DNA from: Gammaproteobacteria bacterium
GTDB taxonomy: Bacteria > Pseudomonadota > Gammaproteobacteria > UWMA-0217
DNA: 39,538 nucleotides
Assembly (NCBI GenBank): GCA_027031685.1
Contig: JALVPS010000223.1
Coordinates: 1-39,538 of the forward strand
Reading direction: 5' to 3'
Below, in pieces: positions 14,919 through 22,362 of the stretch (positions within the stretch are counted from its first letter, which is position 1; every line of letters begins with the position of its first letter). The notes below the pieces were generated by a model. That model made no database searches and was not told the DNA's origin. It saw only the letters and a program-made list of their open reading frames with translations. A program made the translations under genes and the position numbers.

Positions 14919-15812
14919 ATGAGCAACGACGCCCTCTTCCTGAGCGCCCCCCTGGCGCTGTCTTCCGGCCGGAAGGACGGTGAGCCGCCCCGCTTCGAGG
15001 GGGTGGCCTACTCCGGCGGCCTGGTGCCCGACTATGGCGTGGTGGTCGATCTGGCCAGCGCGCGGGTGGAGGCGCCCATGCCGCTGCTGTTCGGCCACCG
15101 CCACGAGAAGGACATCGGCGTGATCGAGCGCGCCGAGGTGGCCGACAACCGCCTCACCGTGGCCGGCCAGCTGTTCGCCGGCATCGACCCGGACGCCGAC
15201 AAGGTGGTGGCCAAGGCCCGCGCCGGCGCCGCCTACCAGCTCTCCGTCGGCCTGTTCGACTTCAACGTGGAATTCGTCGGCCAGGGCAAGACCGTCACCG
15301 TCAACGGCCAGGAGTTCCAGGGCCCCGTTGAGGTGATCCGCGACGCGCACATCCGCGAGACCTCCGTCGTGGCGCTGGGCGCCGACCCCAGCACCGCCGT
15401 GACCGTGTTCGCGCGGCCCGGCCAAGCCCCATCCCCCGCATCACCACCGGAGACCCCCACCGTGAGCGACAAGACCGACACCGCGGCCCTCGAGGCCGAG
15501 AACCAGCAGCTCAAGGCCGAGCTGGAAGCCCTGCGCGGCGAGCTGGCCGCCATGCGCCAGGCCGCCCGCGAGGCGGAAGTGAAGGCCCTGTTCCAGGCCA
15601 TCGGCCGCGAGTACAGCGCCGAGGCGGCGAAGCCCTTCCTGGACCTGCCCGGCGAGGCCTTCGCCGCCGTGGCGGAGCAGATGAAGGCCCTGGCCGCCGA
15701 GCGGCCCGCCGCCGCGCCGCAGGACGACGACGACCACACCACGGACTACCGGCCCAGCACCGGCGGCGAGTCCACGCTGCTGTCCGTGATGCGCGCCCGC
15801 TACCAGAGCTGA
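14919..15812 (+). CDS. prohead protease / scaffold fusion (Mu gpI-like)
   Basis: N-terminal protease-like half (LLFGHRHEKDIGV) plus a C-terminal coiled coil (ALEAENQQLKAELEALRGELAAMRQ). Confidence 0.7.
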   Translation: MSNDALFLSAPLALSSGRKDGEPPRFEGVAYSGGLVPDYGVVVDLASARVEAPMPLLFGHRHEKDIGVIERAEVADNRLTVAGQLFAGIDPDADKVVAKARAGAAYQLSVGLFDFNVEFVGQGKTVTVNGQEFQGPVEVIRDAHIRETSVVALGADPSTAVTVFARPGQAPSPASPPETPTVSDKTDTAALEAENQQLKAELEALRGELAAMRQAAREAEVKALFQAIGREYSAEAAKPFLDLPGEAFAAVAEQMKALAAERPAAAPQDDDDHTTDYRPSTGGESTLLSVMRARYQS

Positions 15813-15826
15813 GAGGAGACTGATCC

Positions 15827-16198
15827 ATGCCCGTGTACACCGAACCCGCCCGCCTCAGCGATGTGCTCAAGCGGGAATTCGACCCCCTCTACAACCGCGA
15901 GAGCGTGACCCTCACCGGCGGCAGCTATCTCGTCGGCGCCGTGGTCATGGAAGGCGCCGGCGGCACCTGGTCCGCCTGGGCCGCCCCGGCCGCCGGCGAC
16001 CCCGTGCCCAAGGTCGGCGTGGTGCTGTTCGAGACCGACGCCAGCGCCGCCGACCGGCCCGCCACGCTCCTGCTGCGCGGCCCCGCCGTGGTGGCCGAGA
16101 GCGCCCTCGTCTTCGACGCGGGCGTGGACGATGCCGGCAGGGCCGCCGCCCTGGCCGCCCTGGCCGATCAGGGCATCGTGGCCCGCAAGACCGTTTGA
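15827..16198 (+). CDS. head decoration protein (lambda gpD-like)
   Basis: 123 aa immediately upstream of the capsid gene; ..ATLLLRGPAVV motif. Confidence 0.6.
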   Translation: MPVYTEPARLSDVLKREFDPLYNRESVTLTGGSYLVGAVVMEGAGGTWSAWAAPAAGDPVPKVGVVLFETDASAADRPATLLLRGPAVVAESALVFDAGVDDAGRAAALAALADQGIVARKTV

Positions 16199-16210
16199 GG
16201 AGACTGACCC

Positions 16211-17218
16211 ATGCCCATGATCAACCCCGCCAACATCTTCAGCCTGTCCGACCTGTCGGAGGCCATCAACATCGTTCCCAACCGCTACGGGCGGCTGAAC
16301 GAGATGGGCCTGTTCCCCGTCAAGGGCCACACGGTGGACACCATCTCCATCGAGGAGAAGAACGGCGTGCTCACGCTCATCCCGTCCACCACCGACGGCG
16401 GCCCCGGCGTGGTCGGCTCGCGCGGCCGGCGCAAGCTGCGCACCTTCAAGATCCCGCAGATGGTGTTCGAGGACCACTTCTCCGCCAAGGAGCTGGCCCA
16501 CGCCCGGGCCTTCGGCAAGAACGTCAAGGAGACCGTGCAGGAGATGATGGCCGACAAGCTGGAGGGCGCCCGCTCCCGCCACGACATCACCCTGGAGTTC
16601 CTGCGCATGGGCGCGCTCAAGGGCCTGATCATCGACGGCGACGGCAGCACCGTGCTCTACGACCTGTTCGCCGAGTTCGGCATCACCAAGAAGGTGGTCA
16701 ACTTCAAGCTCGGCACCCAGGGCACCAAGGTGGCCAACCTGTGCCGCGAGGTGGTGCGCCACATCGAGGACAACCTCATGGGCGAGGTGATGACCGGCGT
16801 GCGCGCCCTGGTCTCGCCCGAGTTCTACGACGCCCTCATCACCCACCCCAACGTGGAAAAGGCCTACCTCAACTGGAGCGCGGCCCAGGACCGCATCGGC
16901 GGCGATCTGCGCAAGGGCTTCCCCTTCGGCGGCATCGTCTTCGAGGAGTACCGCGGCAAGGCCACCGACGCCAGCGGCACCGTCCACCGCTACCTGGACG
17001 AGGGCAAGGCCATCGCCTTCCCCACCGGCACGGCGCAGACCTTCCGCACCCACGTGGGGCCGGCCGACTTCAACGAGACCATCGGCCGCGTCGGCCAGCT
17101 CTACTACGCCAAGGTCACGCCCACCAGGAACGACCGCGGCTGGGACATCCACACCCAGAGCAACGTGCTGCCGCTGTGCCAGCGGCCGGGCGTGCTGGTG
17201 GAGCTGACCGCGAGCTGA
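16211..17218 (+). CDS. major capsid protein, lambda gpE family
   Basis: 335 aa with N-terminus IFSLSDLSEAINIVPNRYGRLNEMGLF, typical of the family. Confidence 0.85.
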   Translation: MPMINPANIFSLSDLSEAINIVPNRYGRLNEMGLFPVKGHTVDTISIEEKNGVLTLIPSTTDGGPGVVGSRGRRKLRTFKIPQMVFEDHFSAKELAHARAFGKNVKETVQEMMADKLEGARSRHDITLEFLRMGALKGLIIDGDGSTVLYDLFAEFGITKKVVNFKLGTQGTKVANLCREVVRHIEDNLMGEVMTGVRALVSPEFYDALITHPNVEKAYLNWSAAQDRIGGDLRKGFPFGGIVFEEYRGKATDASGTVHRYLDEGKAIAFPTGTAQTFRTHVGPADFNETIGRVGQLYYAKVTPTRNDRGWDIHTQSNVLPLCQRPGVLVELTAS

Positions 17219-17233
17219 GGGCCGAAAACGCGA

Positions 17234-17266
17234 AACCCCGGCCAGTGGGGGCTGGACCGGGGTTTC
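17234..17266. terminator. hairpin with flanking A and T runs after the capsid gene
   Basis: AAACCCCGGCCAG-TGGGG-CTGGaCCGGGGTTT. Confidence 0.55.
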
Positions 17267-17332
17267 TGGGCAATCCGCTAGACGAGGTAGCGAATGTCCC
17301 TGGACATGAACTTTATCAGAGTGCGCATCTGC

Positions 17333-17446
17333 ATGAGAGCACAGGCAAGCACAGAAGGAGCGGACCGGGCATTCCTGCTGCTCGGTATCGCCGCCGTCAT
17401 TCTGGCCAGTTGCGCCGGTGCGGCGCTCGTGCTCTGGGCGCTGTAG
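17333..17446 (+). CDS. small hydrophobic peptide (37 aa)
   Basis: MRAQASTEGADRAFLLLGIAAVILASCAGAALVLWAL. No strong SD. Confidence 0.3.
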   Translation: MRAQASTEGADRAFLLLGIAAVILASCAGAALVLWAL

Positions 17447-17450
17447 AGCC

Positions 17451-17585
17451 ATGACCACGCCGGAAATCATTGCAACCGGACTGATTTTCATCATCGCGTG
17501 GCGCCTGCCGGAAATCATCCGCGCCACGCGGTGCGGTTCCGCGCGGCGCCGCGGAGGAGACGACGATGCTGGTCGAGATCACTGA
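17451..17585 (+). CDS. small membrane peptide, WRLPE-motif family member
   Basis: MTTPEIIATGLIFIIAWRLPEIIRATR.. shares the WRLPE(I/L)(I/L)RA motif with 36529..36675. Confidence 0.4.
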   Translation: MTTPEIIATGLIFIIAWRLPEIIRATRCGSARRRGGDDDAGRDH

Positions 17586-17736
17586 ACCCTGCGACCTGGA
17601 GGGCCGGCGCTTCCCCGTCGGCCCGGCCCACCTGTCGGACGAGACGGCCCGCAAGGCCATCAAGGCCGGCAAGGCCCGGGCGCTGGACGAGCCGGCGCCG
17701 AAGAAGAAGGCGCGGCGCAAGGCCGGGAAGAAGTAG
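17566..17736 (+). CDS. small basic hypothetical protein (56 aa)
   Basis: ATG 17566 after GGAGGAG; MLVEITEPCDLEGRRFPVG..KKKARRKAGKK. Confidence 0.45.
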   Translation: MLVEITEPCDLEGRRFPVGPAHLSDETARKAIKAGKARALDEPAPKKKARRKAGKK

Positions 17737-17747
17737 GGCGGCGCGCC

Positions 17748-18212
17748 GTGGAGACCGGCCGCCTCACGCCCCACTTCAGCCTGGCGGAGCTGACCCGCTC
17801 CCACGTGGCCCTGCGGGGGGGCATCGACAACACCCCGCCGCCGGAGCGGCTGCCGGCCCTGCGCTACCTGGCGGAGCAGCTGGAGGTGATCCGCACCCTG
17901 CTGGGCGGCGTGCCGCTGCACATCACCTCCGGCTACCGCTGCCCGGCGCTCAACCGGGCCGTGGGCGGCTCGCGCCGCTCGCGCCACATGCTCGGCCTGG
18001 CCGCCGACTTCGTGGCCCCGGAGTTCGGCACCCCGCTGGAGATCGCCCGCCACCTGGTACAGCAGGGCAAGGCCTTCGACCAGCTCATCCACGAGGGCCA
18101 CTGGGTGCACTTCGCCGCCCCGCGCCGCCCGCTGCGGCCCGAGGGGCGCCTGCTCACGGCCCGCTTCGGGCCGGGCGGCGTGCGCTACGAGGCGGGGCTG
18201 GACGAAGGGTGA
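17748..18212 (+). CDS. endolysin, peptidase M15 (zinc D-Ala-D-Ala carboxypeptidase-like)
   Basis: FSLAELTRS.., ITSGYRCPALN, SRHMLGLAADF, HWVHF. Confidence 0.8.
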   Translation: METGRLTPHFSLAELTRSHVALRGGIDNTPPPERLPALRYLAEQLEVIRTLLGGVPLHITSGYRCPALNRAVGGSRRSRHMLGLAADFVAPEFGTPLEIARHLVQQGKAFDQLIHEGHWVHFAAPRRPLRPEGRLLTARFGPGGVRYEAGLDEG

Positions 18213-18218
18213 CGGGGG

Positions 18219-18359
18219 ATGGCGCTGGACCGCCTGGAACAATCGAAAACGCTGCGGCGCATGTACTACGCCGCCCTGCTCGCCATGGTCCTGGTGGCCG
18301 TGGTGCGCAGCCTGCCGGCGCTGTTGCAGGCCGTCGCGGCGTTGACCACCACTCACTGA
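18219..18359 (+). CDS. small membrane peptide, distant family member (46 aa)
   Basis: RRMYYAALLAMVLVAVVRSLPALLQAVAAL aligns with RRLAWGLLTVLVYWRLPELLRAVAEIV. Confidence 0.45.
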   Translation: MALDRLEQSKTLRRMYYAALLAMVLVAVVRSLPALLQAVAALTTTH

Positions 18360-18380
18360 TAACACAAGAGGGCTTGGCGC

Positions 18381-18575
18381 ATGCAAGACACCAAATCACT
18401 GCTCCAGAGCAAGACCATCTGGGGCTCCATCATCACCATGGCCTCGGTCGGCGCGCAGCTGGCCGGCATCGACATCGGCGACACCGGCGGCTGGGTGAAC
18501 TCCATCACCGCCCTCATCGGCGCCGCGCTGTCGTTCTACGGCCGCATCAAGGCGGTCAAGCGCATCCGCGTCTGA
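18381..18575 (+). CDS. putative holin (2 TM)
   Basis: 64 aa, SKTIWGSIITMASVGAQLAG..ITALIGAALSFYGRIKAVKR, adjacent to the endolysin. Confidence 0.6.
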   Translation: MQDTKSLLQSKTIWGSIITMASVGAQLAGIDIGDTGGWVNSITALIGAALSFYGRIKAVKRIRV

Positions 18576-18589
18576 GGGATGCATGACGC

Positions 18590-18820
18590 ATGACGGCCGA
18601 CACCCGCGAGATCGAGCTCAACCGCACGGTGGGCGAGCTGGCCGCGCGCCAGAACGCCATGGCGGAGCGCATCCGGCGCATGGAGCAGCACATGGAGCAC
18701 ATGGAGAACACCCTGGACGAGATCCGGCAGATGCAGCGCGTGCTGCGCTGGATTCTGGGCGTGTTCACCGCCGTCTCCAGCACCGTCGCGGGGGCCGTCG
18801 TCGTCAGCCTGCTGACCTGA
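18590..18820 (+). CDS. XhlA-like coiled-coil protein with a C-terminal TM helix
   Basis: Coiled-coil N-terminus and C-terminal LGVFTAVSSTVAGAVVVSLL. Confidence 0.45.
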   Translation: MTADTREIELNRTVGELAARQNAMAERIRRMEQHMEHMENTLDEIRQMQRVLRWILGVFTAVSSTVAGAVVVSLLT

Positions 18821-18945
18821 TGCTGATCGTCGGCGACCTGCTCTGCACCCTGGCCCTGGCGGCCCTCGTCGCCTGGCTGTTCTGGCAGACCGGCGCCGGC
18901 CCGGACCCGCAACCGCCCCGACAACCCATGGGAGTGACCACATGA
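18820..18945 (+). CDS. small membrane peptide (41 aa)
   Basis: TGATG overlap; MLIVGDLLCTLALAALVAWLFW. Confidence 0.3.
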   Translation: MLIVGDLLCTLALAALVAWLFWQTGAGPDPQPPRQPMGVTT

Positions 18946-19157
18946 GCGCACACCTCCTCAAGTTCAACCCGCGCAACGGCATCCCGCTGGTGGAGCACTT
19001 CGCCAGCGTGGCGGAGATGACGCAGTACTACAACGGCCACCCGCAGGGCGTGCCCATCACCACGCCGGCCGAGCTGGCCATGGTCAAGGAGCAGTACCAG
19101 GGCAACAAGTTCGTCATGCCCCTGCTGGAGCGCATCGACCCGGACGATCTGGGGTAA
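18942..19157 (+). CDS. hypothetical protein (71 aa)
   Basis: ATGA overlap with the previous ORF; coding-like composition. Confidence 0.5.
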   Translation: MSAHLLKFNPRNGIPLVEHFASVAEMTQYYNGHPQGVPITTPAELAMVKEQYQGNKFVMPLLERIDPDDLG

Positions 19158-19161
19158 GGCC

Positions 19162-19626
19162 ATGCCCGCGAGCACCTGGCTGGTGGGGCAGGCGGCCTAC
19201 GTGGCCCGCTTCGGCCACGGCGAGTGGACCGACCTCACCGACACCGACGGCAGCGGCCAGCCCGACGGGGACATGGTGGCCGCCGCCGTGGCTGACACCA
19301 CCGCCGACGTGAGCCGCTACCTGCGCCAGGCGGGCTACGGCGCCCTGGTGGGGCAGGCCGAGGGCGTGCCGGAGGACCTGCGCCGCCGCGCCCTGGACAT
19401 CCTGCGCTACCTGCTGCACCGCAACCGCCCCAGCGACGAGGTGCGCGAGCGCTACCGGGACGCCGTGGCCTGGTTCGACGCCCTGGTGGCCGGCGACGTG
19501 GTGCTGTACGGCGCCGACGGTCAGCCCCTGCCGCGCCGCGTGGACGAGCCCAACCGCGCCCACCGGGCCGTGGGCAACACGCGGCGCATGGTGTACGGCG
19601 CGGACTTCCTGCGGAGGTACGGATGA
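19162..19626 (+). CDS. Mu gp36 / DUF1320-like head-tail connector protein
   Basis: 154 aa; ..ADVSRYLRQAGY..LDILRYLLH.. pattern and its position. Confidence 0.6.
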   Translation: MPASTWLVGQAAYVARFGHGEWTDLTDTDGSGQPDGDMVAAAVADTTADVSRYLRQAGYGALVGQAEGVPEDLRRRALDILRYLLHRNRPSDEVRERYRDAVAWFDALVAGDVVLYGADGQPLPRRVDEPNRAHRAVGNTRRMVYGADFLRRYG

Positions 19627-19736
19627 GCGGCAGGGCGGCAGGCATCACGGGCATCCTGCTGGCCGTCTCGGCGGTGATCGGCGCGGTGGCGCTGCTCATC
19701 TGGTCCGTATCGGCGCTGGTGGGGGTGCTGCGATGA
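19623..19736 (+). CDS. small membrane peptide (37 aa)
   Basis: ATGA overlaps on both sides; ITGILLAVSAVIGAVALLIWSVSALVGVL. Confidence 0.35.
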   Translation: MSGRAAGITGILLAVSAVIGAVALLIWSVSALVGVLR

Positions 19737-20170
19737 CCGCCACCCGCGTCCAGGAGTGGATCGAGCGCCTGCGCGAGATCGCCCCCGCCCTGGGCATCCC
19801 CCGCGTCGAGGGCCTGGCCGAGTACGTCACCGCCGACATGGACCTGGACCGCCTGCCGGCCATCTGGGTGCTGCCCGTCAGCCACGACGTCACGCGCGAG
19901 CCGCCGGTGCGCGAGGAGACCTGGCGCTACGCCGTCATCATCGCCCTGCGCTCGGCCCGCCAGCGTGAGCGCGACACCCGCCTGCTGACCGGCGTGGAGG
20001 CCCTGTGCGGCGCCATCCGCGAGCACCTGGAGTCGTGGCAGGCCGGCGAGCTGTGCGGGCGCGAGATCGAGTACGAGCGAGGAGAGGGCCGCGGCCTGGA
20101 CGACGCCGGGCACGTCTTCTTCTGGCAGCAGACCTACGCCGAGCGCATCACCCTGCTCGATGGAGAGTGA
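19733..20170 (+). CDS. Mu gp37-like tail completion / head-tail joining protein
   Basis: 145 aa; called by position and size, with weak motif memory. Confidence 0.45.
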   Translation: MTATRVQEWIERLREIAPALGIPRVEGLAEYVTADMDLDRLPAIWVLPVSHDVTREPPVREETWRYAVIIALRSARQRERDTRLLTGVEALCGAIREHLESWQAGELCGREIEYERGEGRGLDDAGHVFFWQQTYAERITLLDGE

Positions 20171-20172
20171 CC

Positions 20173-20352
20173 ATGAGCCGCAAGACCAGACGCAAGACCG
20201 CCGGCCCCGCGCCGGCGCCCCGGCCCGCCACCCCGGCGCCCCTGCCGGACGGTGGTGGCGACTACATCCGCACGCCCGACGGCGGCGTGGCGCCCGATGG
20301 CGGCGCCCCGGACGGCGAACCCCGTGACACCACCGAGGACACCGAGTCATGA
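20173..20352 (+). CDS. low-complexity Pro/Gly/Asp-rich small protein (59 aa)
   Basis: ATG 20173; its stop overlaps the next start. Confidence 0.3.
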   Translation: MSRKTRRKTAGPAPAPRPATPAPLPDGGGDYIRTPDGGVAPDGGAPDGEPRDTTEDTES

Positions 20353-21272
20353 GCGATATCCAGTTCTCCCGCAGCACCGTCATCCGCGGCAAGCTCGAAT
20401 CCGCCTACGGCGTGGAGACCCCGCCCGGCGCCAACGACGCCGCCTTCGAGGTCTCCAACCTCAGCTACAAGCGCCTGGACGGCTCCCGCCCCGCGCGCGA
20501 GAGCGTGGACCCCTACTTCGGCCACCCCGGCGAGCTGCCCGGCCGGCACTACAGCTCCCTGGGCTTCTCCACCTACGTGCGCAAGGTGGCCACCCCCGGC
20601 GACAAGCCGGACATCGACCCCCTGCTGCAGGCCTGCGGGCTGGCCGCCGTCATCACCGGCGGGCAGGACGTCACCTACAACCCGGTGCAGAAGAACCTCA
20701 AGAGCATGACCTTCTGGGCCCACCTCAACGGCCACCTGCACAAAGTGGTGGGCGCCCGCGGCAGCCTGCAGCTGAGCGGCGAGCTGGGCGGCCAGCTGCG
20801 CGCCCAGTTCAGCTTCCAGGGCCTGCCCAAGGGCTCGCCGGCCGACGAGGCCTTCCCAACCATCGCCCGCCCGGACGGCTGCGTGGACGCCCTGGACGGC
20901 GACAACTGCAGCGTGACCCTGTTCGGCACCCCCCTGCAGATCGTCAGCTTCAGCATCGACCTGCAGAACCAGCTGCAGCACATCGTCACCAGCGCCGGCG
21001 AGCAGATCGCCATCACCAACCGCGCCGCCACCGGCGAGCTGGTGGTCATCAAGCCCAGCGTGAGCGAGTTCGACTACCACGCCAAGGAGGCCGACCCCTG
21101 CGCCACCGGCACCCTGGAACTCACCGCCGGCGGCCTGCAGATCAGCGCCCCGGCCGTCTCCCTGGGCACCGTCACCGACCTGGGCGACCACAACGGCGTG
21201 GCCACCGTCACCCTGCCGCTCATGTTCCGGCGCTCGGCGGGCAATGACGACCTGCTGCTGAAATTCAGCTGA
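20349..21272 (+). CDS. major tail (tube) protein
   Basis: 307 aa immediately upstream of the G/GT chaperone pair and the tape measure. Confidence 0.65.
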   Translation: MSDIQFSRSTVIRGKLESAYGVETPPGANDAAFEVSNLSYKRLDGSRPARESVDPYFGHPGELPGRHYSSLGFSTYVRKVATPGDKPDIDPLLQACGLAAVITGGQDVTYNPVQKNLKSMTFWAHLNGHLHKVVGARGSLQLSGELGGQLRAQFSFQGLPKGSPADEAFPTIARPDGCVDALDGDNCSVTLFGTPLQIVSFSIDLQNQLQHIVTSAGEQIAITNRAATGELVVIKPSVSEFDYHAKEADPCATGTLELTAGGLQISAPAVSLGTVTDLGDHNGVATVTLPLMFRRSAGNDDLLLKFS

Positions 21273-21273
21273 G

Positions 21274-21313
21274 AAAAATGAAAAGCCCCTGCGGTGGTGG
21301 GACACCCAGGGGC
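21274..21313 (-). terminator. GC hairpin with T-run on the - strand (A-run on +)
   Basis: GCCCCTG-15 nt-CAGGGGC preceded by AAAAATGAAAA on the + strand. Confidence 0.4.
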
Positions 21314-21343
21314 ACGGCAATCACCAGCACGAGTGGTGACTAC

Positions 21344-21493
21344 GTGAGCAAGTATAGCAAGGCACTGCGAGAGCTCAGAAAGATGGGAGAAAGACTGCCC
21401 GCCTGGCGATTCCTGGCCCTGCTGGCCTTCGTGCTGCTGGCCGAGCTGGCCCTGCTCATCGCCTGGCGGCTGCCCCTGCTGCTGGACCACTGA
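21344..21493 (+). CDS. small membrane peptide, KYSKAL / WRLP family (49 aa)
   Basis: GTG 21344. VSKYSKALRELRK..LPAWRFLALL..AWRLPLLL is paralogous to 36315..36452, with many synonymous differences between them. Confidence 0.5.
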   Translation: MSKYSKALRELRKMGERLPAWRFLALLAFVLLAELALLIAWRLPLLLDH

Positions 21494-21514
21494 AACGACA
21501 GGAGAAAGAGCCCC

Positions 21515-21877
21515 ATGGCCATTGTGCGCGGCAAAGACGACGCCTACTGGTGGCAGGTGCACCACAAGGTGCCGGTGGACGACGGCCGCTACGCCGCCGT
21601 CTCCCTCAAGGCCAAGTTCAAGCGCCTGGACAAGGCCCGCGTGGGCCAGGTGCTGGACGCCATCACCAATGGCGACGCCAGCCTGAGCGACGAGGACCTG
21701 GTGCGCGAGGTGCTGCTGGACTGGAAACAGGTGCGCGGCCTGGAGCTGGAGGACGGCAGCGAGCCCAGCTTCGCCGTGGACGACCAGCGCGAGTGGGTGC
21801 TGGGCATCATCGGCATGGAAGCGGCCATCGTGCGCGCCTGGGCCGAGAGCGTCACCGGAGGGCGCCTAAAAAACTGA
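21515..21877 (+). CDS. tail assembly chaperone (gpG-like)
   Basis: 120 aa upstream of the tape measure, ending at a slippery site. Confidence 0.7.
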   Translation: MAIVRGKDDAYWWQVHHKVPVDDGRYAAVSLKAKFKRLDKARVGQVLDAITNGDASLSDEDLVREVLLDWKQVRGLELEDGSEPSFAVDDQREWVLGIIGMEAAIVRAWAESVTGGRLKN

Positions 21878-22224
21878 CGGAGGCGGCCCGCCGCTGGGCG
21901 GAGGGCGACGGACAGGCGCAGGCCGCCGCCGACGCCCTGGGCGTGGCCGGCGTGGCGCCGGCGGAGGACTACGAAGTGTGGTCGGAGAACTGGGCCGTCT
22001 TCGAGTGCTTCACGCTCTGCCAGTGGCAGTGGGTGGGCGGCATGGGCGTCATGCGCGCCGGGCTGGACCAGGCCGCCGCCTGGGCGCTCATCGAGCGCCA
22101 CCCGGACATGCCCGACGACCGCCGGGCGCGCTGGGCGGCCTTCGAGGCCCTGCAGCTCATGGCCGCCGAGGCACTGGCCGTGTGGGCCGGCTCAGGAGGA
22201 CAGCCAGCGGATCGTGTCCACTAG
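21515..22224 (+). CDS. tail assembly chaperone -1 frameshift product (gpGT-like, DUF1799-like extension)
   Basis: The -1 frame is open from the slippery site to 22224. The extension contains ENWAVFECFTLCQWQW..GLDQAAAWALIE. Confidence 0.6.
21868..21874 (+). other. -1 programmed frameshift heptamer A-AAA-AAC
   Basis: X XXY YYZ in the zero frame (cta aaa aac tga), directly before the gpG-like stop. Confidence 0.6.
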
Positions 22225-22341
22225 CAGCCACACGAGCGTCACGGCGAGCAGCCCCAGCCCGGCCCACACCGCCCACAGGCCGAACTCCGGCGAGCGCAGG
22301 ATCAGCAGCAGGGCGGCGGCGAAACTCATCAGATACGGCAT
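22192..22341 (-). CDS. small two-TM peptide on the opposite strand (49 aa)
   Basis: MPYLMSFAAALLLILRSPEFGLWAVWAGLGLLAVTLVWLLVDTIRWLSS. Very high GC3. Fills the only gap in the + late operon. Confidence 0.4.
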   Translation of the reverse strand: MPYLMSFAAALLLILRSPEFGLWAVWAGLGLLAVTLVWLLVDTIRWLSS

Positions 22342-22362
22342 GCCAGGAGCATAGCGACACCC

